Source of the DNA: Cycas panzhihuaensis
Taxonomy: Eukaryota; Plantae; Cycadophyta
Assembly (NCBI GenBank): GCA_023213395.1
Contig: CM041465.1
Span: 104,105,741-104,169,740, forward strand
Reading direction: 5' to 3'
Length of the DNA: 64,000 nucleotides
The translations under genes were made by a program, and so were the position numbers. Positions 1 through 9,620 of this stretch are shown here, one piece after another (position 1 is the first letter of the stretch; each line of letters opens with the position of its first letter). The notes below the pieces were generated by a model, which made no database searches, was not told the DNA's origin, and saw nothing but the letters and a program-made list of their open reading frames with translations.

Positions 1-2218
1 AAAATCATACATATATGTGTGTCCCCGGTTCACCGCCGTCTGCACTTAGGGGTCCCGCCTCCCACTGTGATCCCTCTCCTGGGACCATCCTCGCGAGGCT
101 CCCTCCCTGCCTCCGTGGAGCCGGCCGCCTGCTTTCCTCATCCCGAGGCCGCCTCGGGTCGAGCTGTGTGGTGTGTGTGTGTCCCGGCCTCAGCCTGACC
201 TCGAGACCATCCGGGCCACCACCGTCGAGGACCCGGATGTGGTCCCTCCGCCGGAGTCCCTCCTCGATCGCCCCTAGCCCTATCTCGACGCCTAAGGCGC
301 CTTCTAGGACCGCCAGCGGTAGTGTCGGTCCTCGTATCCTCCTCGCCCACTCCTGCCTTCGAGGTTCGGTCCGCCCTCACAGCTACATCTCGCCGCCGGG
401 CTCACGCCGAGTTTCCGCCGCACTGCCCCTCGAATGCTGTGTTCTAGGTCTCGCAACCTGGGAGCAAACCAGATTACCTGGGCCGGGCGAAGGCCAGATG
501 TAGGCTCCTCACGACTGGTTCGCCCTCCGCTCGACGGGTGGTTGCCCCTCCGCCAGACCCGAGGGAACAACTCCCTCACCGCGCCTCGACCGCCTCTCGA
601 ACCTCCGCTACACCGCCAATGCAACATGCCATGTGTCGCTGTGTATCCTCGATGCATATCATAAAATCAAATCAAAATCTATCCAGACAAGTCAAACAAC
701 CATGAAACAAAGGTTCACCCTCCGGCCATGGTCAGGCCGATCCTCGCCGGTGATATCTCCTCTCCCTGCTCCCCAGCACTAGCCGCCGCAGGCTCATATC
801 CTCCAGATATCCTCCGTCAGTTTCGTCTCCTGTAAGTAGGACCGCTCGACGCCTCCGGATCTCCTATGATCCCGGAGTCACCGCCCCAGAATACCGCCTC
901 TTAGCCCCGATGGGCCCGCTCTCCGTAGCGTGCCTCTGATGTCCTCGACGCTCCCCGATGATCGACGCACCGCCTCTCACGGTCGCGATAAGCGCCCCAT
1001 CTCCCCATCATCACCGCCATCGCCCATCGCTTGCCATCGCTGCCACTGCCTCTCGAGAAGCCCCCGCCTCCCCGCTGGTCATCACCGCCCACCTCATCAA
1101 GCCTGTAGGGTTCCGCCACGAGTTCCGCGAGTGAGGGAGCTCAGTGACCGCGGTCACCGACCGGGCTAACATGCGCGCGGGCCTCGGGTCCTCCGCCCCT
1201 CAATCTGTCACTAATTGTGGGACCATCTGGGCCCACCTCACTATGGGGAATGGCCCTGGGCCGGGTGCCACCGCCAAGGATCAAACCAAAGACCGCAAAG
1301 AACGTGTCAGCACGAGAGTCCCTCCCCACCGACCCTCCCGATATGGTTCAGTTGGGCGACGAGGTTCGCCACAACCAGGTAGCCCTGGGCCCATCCTCCG
1401 CCTACCAGACCCCACAAGGTCATGGGCCCAACCCAACCTCCTGGGATCTTCCCTCAATTGCTTCCGGAGATCCCAATGTATCGCATAACAAAATGAGCTT
1501 CCTGCCGAGGAATCCCCGATGAGTAATCGGGCCCGAGGGGAGCTCCTCCGCCGCCACCTGCCTCCCTGAGGAACTGAGTCGCTTTCCCCTGTGCCGCCTC
1601 ATTGCTAGCAAATACCTCAAATTTCACCACGGGTTCCCTCGTCACGGCACTCTGTGGATCTCGCCTCGATATCCTCCCGGTATGGTGATGTCCCCTCATC
1701 TCGAGGCAGTGGAACACGTGCCTCCTCCCCGGCCCCAACATGACACTATGTCCACCGTGAGCCGATCCGGCTGCAAACCGGGGGTCTTCAGGCTCTTGTG
1801 GCCAGTCGTGTGACCCTTCTCAAGACCGTCCATCCCTCCTCCTGGCCGACATCTCCAAGTAGCTCAAGTGATGGCATGACATTCTCACAGCTATCCTACC
1901 ACGATAACTACCTGCAACCGCCCAAAGTCATTGTAGTTATTCCCAAATATCACCCAGGCTCCTAGCTATTTGGTCGTATTGTCCTTTTGGTCTTGAGGGT
2001 TACGCCCGCCCCCCCTTCCAGCCTTTTCGATTGCTCATGCATCGGCCCAAATTTGAAGGTATCGCTAAATTTAGAGCTGCCCCACTTGGCTGGATATTCC
2101 ATGACATCAAGGACAAATATCGGCAGCTGGCCGGGCAACCCCCAAAAGGGGGTTTTGGCCCGTAGTTTCTAGGCCTCTTTTTGCTGGACCCTCTGGCTCC
2201 ACCTGACTGTATCGCCAT
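1..2218 (-). pseudogene. Plant mobile domain (aminotransferase-like, PMD) gene, multiply frameshifted; runs off the left edge
   Basis: Start gcgATGGCG at 2218 (MAIQSGGARGSSKKRPR...). Stitching minus-strand frames gives PMD motifs in the expected order: IVSCW..RHVFH..DITI.EDI..I.RVP/VTREPVV (~1750-1625; cf. ERW..THTFHLP.GE.TITLEDV..IL.LP..GEPV), WAQGYLVVANLVAQL...GLSC*HVLCGLWF (~1395-1280; cf. YAWG.AVLA.LY..L...GC..LLQ.W), FPIVRWA (~1240) and EPY (~1110). An E/R/G-rich tail follows. Confidence 0.75.
608..718 (-). other. Putative GT-AG intron in the PMD gene (111 bp)
   Basis: AT-rich island in GC-rich coding DNA; minus-strand donor GG|GTGAAC at 718 and acceptor GTGTAG| at 608. Confidence 0.55.
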
Positions 2219-2221
2219 CGC

Positions 2222-2357
2222 CTGTGTCCCCTGGTCCACCCACCGAAAGCTCGATCGCCCATAAGGGGCATAAAAAACATTAAAATTTAAATAAAAAGCA
2301 ATTAACTTTAAACTTTGAAATGACAAAGGTTCCATTAGATCCACTCCTGAATTGCAC
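2222..2357 (-). other. Putative 5'-UTR intron of the PMD gene
   Basis: Donor CAG|GTGCAA at 2357, T-rich body (2270-2330), acceptor ACACAG| 3 nt before the ATG at 2218 (alternative AG at 2231). Confidence 0.5.
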
Positions 2358-2526
2358 CTGATCGCCATAGCGTCCCCGAGATCGTGATGACTGTCTCCTC
2401 GCGTGAATCCAACGGTCGGATCCTCCTCGGCGTGCCTCGGAAGTCGGGTAGCGCTCCGCGTCATAGGGAAAAGGCTCGGTTTTGATGAGAGCCGGTGAAA
2501 ATGAATCCCATTTTCATTAGTTTTCC

Positions 2527-2533
2527 TTATATA
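2527..2533 (-). promoter_or_regulatory. TATA box of the PMD gene
   Basis: Minus strand reads CCCCCGCC-TATATAA-GG, ~170 nt upstream of the UTR splice donor. Confidence 0.6.
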
Positions 2534-2938
2534 GGCGGGGGCCCCGGGGGGCACTTTCTCCATTCTTAGCTTCGTGACAGTCGTTGGGACCGTCTTATCG
2601 TCTTGACTGGTGCCTTCGCCTTCAGCCTGGCCATTGTGCTCCATGGACGCCCTTCATGCCTCCTCCTGCTAAGGCATTTATGGCACCTCATGTTCGCACT
2701 TTTGGGAGGCCTTTTTCACCGCTTTCTTATTTGCTCTGTGCATGCCCGAGTTTATACTCGTTTGGCTCGTTTCGCCGCTCCGGACTCATTTCAGACCCTT
2801 TTCACTCCCAGGACCCCGGAGAAAATGCTCCCCACTTTGGGGCATGTTTTGCTTCCCAAAGCAACTTTTGGGGACTCCAGGGTGCCTTTTCTCCGCCTAC
2901 TCCTAGTAGGCACCCTGATCGCTTGTTCTCGTCCTCAG

Positions 2939-3043
2939 GTAACCTCATTGCTAGGTCCTCCTACCCTTCTCGGCCCGCTTTGCACTTGCTATTCGAGTCT
3001 TTGTTTTTGCTTGCATTACTACTCGTCTATTACCCAAATCTAG
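2939..3043 (+). other. Putative 5'-UTR intron of the RNase H gene (105 bp)
   Basis: Donor CAG|GTAACC at 2939, pyrimidine-rich body, acceptor ATCTAG| at 3043, 9 nt before accATG at 3053. Confidence 0.5.
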
Positions 3044-3052
3044 CACCCGACC

Positions 3053-3472
3053 ATGTCGCTCCTCGTTTTCACCGATGGTGGAAGTCGCGGCAACCCCAGG
3101 CCTTCCGCCACTGCGTGGATTCTTCGTAGTCCCTCTGGGCACGATTACATGCGTTCCGGAGTCTTTCTTCCCGAGGCTACCAATAACGAAGCCGAGTACA
3201 CGGCCGTTATTGAAGCCCTTACGGATGCTCTTCGTTTCCATCGCGGTTCCATCGTGTTGTTTTGCGATTCTCAGGTCATAGTGTCCCATCTCACCGGTGT
3301 TTACGGTGCGATGCCCTCACCTAAGGACCTCTTGATCCGCCGGCGGTATCTCCTGGCTTGTTTCTCGTCGGTGGATATCCAGCATATCCCGAGGCACCTC
3401 AACGTTGAGGCTAACAGCCTCGTCCGCCTCATCCTCGAGCGTCGCCTCCCTCTTCTAGGTGACCACCCTTGA
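3053..3472 (+). CDS. Stand-alone ribonuclease HI, archaeal-type (aRH/RVT_3-like), 139 aa
   Basis: Intact ORF with FTDGGSRGNP, ATNNEAEY, CDSQ and HIPRHLNVEANSL motifs. It has its own ATG and stop, with no RT or integrase fused. Confidence 0.92.
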   Translation: MSLLVFTDGGSRGNPRPSATAWILRSPSGHDYMRSGVFLPEATNNEAEYTAVIEALTDALRFHRGSIVLFCDSQVIVSHLTGVYGAMPSPKDLLIRRRYLLACFSSVDIQHIPRHLNVEANSLVRLILERRLPLLGDHP

Positions 3473-3726
3473 GGCTTGTTCGGCCAGCCCGTGCCCAAGC
3501 CTCCGGTTATTAGTTAGATGTACCGCTCTACTTTGTTCGATGCCCTCTTACTCCACGTCGCGCCTGGGCAACGGGGCATCCGTTTCACTGCTTATTTCAG
3601 TTTCAGGTCGATGTTTGGGCGACACGTAGGCAGCCCCTACGTTGTCCGCGTCTCTGTCTCGCTTGTCCACGCGTTCCGCCACGACACTTACCTACGCCCT
3701 TGGTCCACGTGCTGCTCTTTATTGAT

Positions 3727-3743
3727 TATATATATATATATAT
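3727..3743. repeat. (TA)n microsatellite
   Basis: Direct reading. Confidence 0.9.
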
Positions 3744-3820
3744 GCATGTGCTACTCATGTTTCTTGATTGTCAGCATTCGCCATAACATTACGCTTAGAA
3801 GGAGGCTCACGCCGAGGCGA

Positions 3821-6330
3821 TGTTTCCCAGCTATTGGGAATGGACTCGAGACGTATCGACACAGGTTTGTTCAGGTATATGTTCTTACTTTTTTTACCTA
3901 TGTTAATTAAGGTGGTTTAGAGTAGTTTGATTGACATATGCCTGTCTATATGCATTTGTTTGATTGCCTGCTCATAACACATGTGCCTAATGGCACCCTT
4001 CAAATTCTATGACGACTCACACAATGGGCATTCCCCAAATGGATGTGACACCCCGTATGGCATACAGCCACTCACGATGTCTCCATGGTCTCTCGGAATG
4101 CTCTTGCCAGCTTGTGTGTTCTTGTTATAACGTGCCACTTATGCTGCAAATCCTTCCTAAGCCCGGTTTGACCCTTAGATAGGACTCTTTGCACCATTCT
4201 GGGTACTTGCCTACTGCCTAGGCCTTCCCCCAATTGATGTATTTCAGGCTTAGCCCCTGACCTAGCCCCAAAAACCTGATTTTATGTTGTTTTTTTTTTT
4301 CTCTTTTTAAATTCGGGTTGATACCGCGGTAAACTAAGTGGTACCGTGGAGTTTGCAACCTGCATCACAGAGTTTGCCGACGATCGCTTAAAATTTAAAA
4401 AAAGCAAGCCGACGCTTCCGCGTTTTTCACGTAAGCGCCACGTGGCTCAAATGCGATTGGGCGCCAGGGCCCCAATGTTCACTTCATATGACCAAGGCAT
4501 AAAAGCCTTTTTATTCATTTTGGATCATTCTTGACTTCACTTTTAAGTTTTCTAAGAGCAACTCTTCAAGAAAAAGACAAGGAAAAGACACATTGAAAGG
4601 AGAACTTCTCTTACAACAGTTGGACAGAGGTGAAGTGCGCTACCGGTGGAGTTGCGAGGCCATTGCTCCCTACAGCTCCATCACAAGTACCACCTTCCTC
4701 ACAAATACTCAAAGCTTCAAGGGATTTCCTCACCAAAAAGACCACTCCAAGGACCCATTTTCAAGCTCCCAACTTGCATGGAGTTTCACTCTTCTGCCCT
4801 CTTACAAAGGACACCCAACACCACCTCTTAGACATTGCTTGGGCTGCTACTCCAAGTGGCCAAGTGAATGCATGCATGCTCTTCTCCATTCAAGGTATTT
4901 TTTGCTTCTTGTTGGTGCTTTTTCCTTGCTTTTTGATGGTTCTACTTGCAATTTCCTTCCTCTCTTTTGCATATACTTGCTTTGGGATCTTCTTTTGTCA
5001 TTAGATGCAAGTAATCTTGGCTAGTGGTGACTTACTATAGCGCTGCCCTAGATTGGTTACATTTCTTTGCATTTCCTTGAGACTTATCCTTCCCTTTCTA
5101 GCTTTCTCTTTCACCATTTTCTAAGCTAGTCGGTATAAAGGGTTTCATGCGAGGATTAGAGGGAGATAGGTGGGGTTCCGTCCCCCATTGCCGTCCTTCT
5201 CCCCAAGGGTTCCGTCCCTTGTCCTTTCTCTCCCTTTATCACCCGCGCTTTCTTAGGAAGCGGAGTTAGGGAAACCTAAGAGAGTTGGTTTGAGTTCTTT
5301 TCCCTTGGTGTAAGCAACCTGTCACTACCTGTCTCACCTCGTTACCTACTAGCATTACCTTCCCGGATCCCGTGGAGACCTCTCATGGGGGAGTTAGCCA
5401 TCCCGAGGCTATACTCAGTCCCATATACTACATTTTATGGTGCATGACAGTTTGTATGCTTTTATGCGATGTTGTTTCATTTTTACATGTTGGTGCGTAA
5501 CTTGATTTCTCTAGTTTAGTTGATTTCATTTCAGTATATATATATGTCTTGTCGTGCCTCGTAGCCTCTCTCCCGAGAGGAAGGCGTTCTCTCTGTTTGT
5601 TTACAGGATCACGTCAGAGGGAGTGGTGTACGAGATCAACTCTGCACGGTCGGCTCCTTGCAGTATTTCTTCTCCCTTTTCGTTTCGAACTTTGCTTTCC
5701 GTCCTTTCCTTTTATTCAGTCTTTGCATGCCCTAGGGGAGGTAAGTAAACCCCCTTCGTCGCCTCTGATTGACGTTGCATGCGTGGAGGAGAGAGGGAAG
5801 GAGCACAACCGAGAGAGAGGATCCGCACTTCAACCTCAACCGCCGGATCCAGGTATTCCTCGCGTTTCCTTTATTTTTCCCTTTTTTATCATTCTTGCTT
5901 TTTTGTACATGCTTGATAAGTAAAAGAGAAGGAAATATAAAGGAAAAAGGAAATAGTCTTTTGTTTTACGTTTACTTTCCTATACCATTTCTTTTACCTT
6001 GCATTACATAGAAATAGAAGACCCGTTTACGTTGCGTACTCCAACCATACCTTACTTCACACCCGTTGCACGTTGATTCTGTTGCCCTCTCGTTGCCTTC
6101 TCATTACCTTGAGAAGCCGCAGCGTGTGAGGTTTCCTTTTCCTTCCCGGCCATCCGAAGGGTAGGAAGGCCTCGTATTTGCACGGCTACCTGGAAGCAAC
6201 CAGGCACCTTGCGATCCCGAACTCGCGGCCGGCGCCGACGACGACCCCGAGGTGAGATCCTCATTGCCTGCCCACCCGGTTGTTGTGTTTTGTATTTCTT
6301 TGCTAGGCGAGGATCACCGCCCATGAGAGC
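3821..6330 (+). mobile_element. Long LTR-like repeat (copy 1), probably a Tat/Ogre-type LTR
   Basis: Starts TGTTTCCC. Colinear with the reverse complement of 36200-38854, e.g. gctattgggaatggactcgaga vs gctactgggaatggacttgaga; ccttctccccaagggtt at 5195-5211 = rc 37576-37592; aaactaag..gtaccgt at ~4331. TATA-like CATAAAA at ~4498 corresponds to TATAAAA in copy 2. Confidence 0.65.
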
Positions 6331-6341
6331 GTTCAAAGATG

Positions 6342-6522
<181 letters not shown>

Positions 6523-6999
6523 TACATATCACAACCTAGTTATCTAATCATATCCTAGGAACTACTTAATCAATTGATGACTAATTACAATGAAGAAGTG
6601 TACACACTATGACCACCTAGTATATATTAAATGGATAACCATAATGATTTAATCAATTAAATATTCATATGGGTTAACATTACATAATATTTTTCAACTT
6701 GTGTTTGTGGTGTGGTGACACATTCTATTCTATGTGGATGTTTAGATGCTTGTTTTAGAGTTGATTCTCTTGTTTAAAGGTTGTTGGTCTGTTTATGCCA
6801 ATGGAAATGCTGGTGTGGTGCATTATAAGTTTTCAGAGATATAATGATTTATAACCAAGATTATATTCTTTTCCATGCTTACAAATCTTGGTTGATGATC
6901 ATAATTATTAATTGCTCATTTTCACATAATTTTTAAATCATGTATGCTTTAAAAGTTGTATCCACATCTCTTTAGAGGTAGCCATTATATGTTGGAGTA

Positions 7000-9615
7000 A
7001 AAAATTCTTGATTGATAAGCAATTTAATCACTAGTTAGAAGCATGGATTTGAACCATTAAGGAGCAGAGATGATTCTTAAGTATGTTAGAAGCCATGTAA
7101 ACCAATTTAGATCTTGTTTTTTGCTTGTTTAGAAGATATGTTCATTACACAAAGTTGAATGAAAAAGACACTCTAATATCATAAAAATTTATGGTGAGAC
7201 CATGTATAGATTAGCCATATTAAAGCATTATTCTAGCATGGAGATTCTATACAATGATCCTACTTGATGAGATCTCATCTTAGAGATTGTTTGGAATGTG
7301 AATATGTATTGTAATGGAATATATTATGTGCATTTATGCGCTATTATAGGCGGTGTGATGGTTTACACTTGTTTTAGATTAAGTGATAATATTATACTTA
7401 CTATTTACCTAAAAGTGAGTGAGCAAGTTAATTACTATTTGAATTCCATTTAAAATATTATTATATATGTGAGAGGTAATGTCATATATTTGGATAGTGT
7501 GAAATTATGCATGGAGTGTAGAAACCACACATATAAAGCACAAGGCTACATTAGTAGTATGTGAATCCATGTATATGGCATGGATGCCACATATAGAGCA
7601 TAAAAGCTATGTTTGAAGTATTAGAGTGTTGTCTTGGAGTGCTTGAAAGGGTGAAGACCTTCAAAATACAATCAAAACTTATGTCTTAAGCCATCATGAC
7701 GCCATTTAAGATGTAGATTGTGTAGTGTGTAAAAAAATCTATTATTGGGCAACTTTTATGTAGTTCCAAGAGAAAGTGCTAAGCTTATTTGTAGGTTTAG
7801 ACCTTTTTGCAAAGGTGTGACATGGAGAGAAGCCACATAAGAAATAGATTCAAGGTTCCTTCTAGAACCAAGCATATTAACTTTTGATTGGAGTGATCTA
7901 AAAGAGATCTTAAACAAACAAAGTTTATAACTATGGGCTAATGGAATTGTCATTGACTCTAGATTAGATAGTACTCATTTACAACTTGAATTAGATACAT
8001 TAGTGCTAGATTCATGTTAGTTTAAAAAATTAGTAAAATTATACTTGAGGGAGGATATTATCAGATGCAAATAAAATAACAAAGATAATTCCAACCTTTA
8101 TTAGAGATTTCAAATAGTAGAATGAATCTCCACTTTTATATTGAAGGGGAATGTTAGAGTGATAATTTAGGTTAATCTCTTATGGTTAATACTAAGTGGT
8201 AATTAATTAATGTTAATCCAAAAGGCATGAATACTAAGAGTTGCAACCATTAGTTAACACACTATTTAGGGTGTTATATAAACCCTTAGTTGGCATTTGT
8301 AATATGGATCAACCATATTAAGGAAGATGTATTAATCAAGATTGGAAGAAATATAGTTGACTATTTTTCCTATGTGGGGGTTTTTCTTGAAAGAGTTTTC
8401 CCATGTTAAACCTATGTGTTATATGTCTATGCTCTTTCATGTGTGCTTGCATATGTATGATTAATATCTTGGTTATACAGAAGTGTATGATTTTATAGTT
8501 TCATATTTCTATAAAAGTTTTAAGAGCCATTTAAATAAATGCACGTTGAACTAAAAATTTAATGAGACTGTATTAAATTATTTGAAGTGAGGTGCTTTAT
8601 GTTTACCTATTCAAACATATATTCACTCATTAAGAAAAAAAATTATATTATTGTGGAGATTTTTATAGACGTTTAGGCTGCATTGGAGTTGTGTTGTAAC
8701 ATAGAAGGCCATATGGGTGCATGTCGAAGCCATGAATGATTATGTTAAAGAAACCTAAAGCTCAATGTCATCCCTTGGAGCATAGAGGAGCCACATTGTT
8801 GTATATTATTAATAAATAAAACCTATATATTAAAGGGAAAGAAGAAGAAGAAGAAGAAGAAGAAGAAGAAACGAGCCACTTGAAAATCTAAAAGTTAATG
8901 TAAAAGGAATTATTAAAGAGGGAAAATTGATCCTATTCAAAAGTTTGAAGACCTTTACAGGTGTGTGGCATGAAAAGAAGTTGTGTAAAGGTGTTTTCAA
9001 GGACTTAGCAAGTGTGTCAATTTAGATTTAACAAAAATTATCCTTAAGAGGAGATGTATCAAATGTAGACACAAGAACAAGAACAATTCCTACCTTTACT
9101 TATGATAAGAAAATTGATTAAAAGATATAATATCACAGTCATATTAAGGAGGGATATTAATGAACTTAATTGAGGTTAACTTCATTTCAGGTTAGTGACT
9201 CATGTGGATTAACCAGGAGATATAAAGGGATGCAAGTATCAAAGATTTGATGGGACATAATGAAGAACCATGAGACGTGACAAAAGGCCATGGGACATGA
9301 TGAAGATTCATAGTCGTTGGTTGGATGTAATTATTTGGGCATTATAAATATAAACCTTATATAGGTTATTTAATAATAAAAAAGAATAATGTATGATGTA
9401 CTAAGGTGCATTAGGCTCTAATAGGCCTGACCACCAAGGTTAATTGATCTTAACAGGTCACAAGATTATGTAGCATTTCAATATAATAAAATTATCTTAA
9501 GTTTGACTATAGGTTTTCTCCCTTAAGGGTTTTCAATGTAAATAGCTATGTATTATTCTTTGAATGCTTGTTGTGTATGATTAAGATCCTATCGATGTAT
9601 GTTAATGCTTCTTCA
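7000..9615 (+). mobile_element. Two decayed, related Ty1/copia-like 3' ends in tandem
   Basis: RT/RNase H remnants (ILKYV at ~7072; IKH..Y.I at ~7535). Blocks 7800-8160 and 8950-9160 are homologous. PPT plus LTR start at ~8143-8152 (gaaggggaa-tgttagag) and at ~9145-9155. Confidence 0.5.
8839..8870. repeat. (GAA)n microsatellite
   Basis: Direct reading. Confidence 0.9.
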
Positions 9616-9620
9616 TAAAA

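Noticed and set aside
15-1620. Many overlapping Pro/Arg/Ser-rich ORFs on both strands
   Set aside because: Shadow frames of GC-rich DNA; the real signal is the frameshifted minus-strand PMD.
2000-2644. 214 aa minus-strand ORF taken as one protein
   Set aside because: It starts upstream of the TATA box and crosses a putative intron; only the part from ATG 2218 is credible.
2584-3129. Hydrophobic ORFs upstream of the RNase H (env-like?)
   Set aside because: Non-ATG starts in a pyrimidine-rich promoter/intron region; no recognisable motif.
3053-3472. Bacterial contamination or horizontally acquired rnhA
   Set aside because: Flanked by spliceosomal-type signals, a PMD gene and a repeat that recurs in the AT-rich part of the window; no operon context.
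3768-3786. Minus-strand TGGCGAATGCTG as an Ogre-type tRNA-Arg PBS
   Set aside because: Weak match, not adjacent to a CA LTR end, and in conflict with the TATA orientation.
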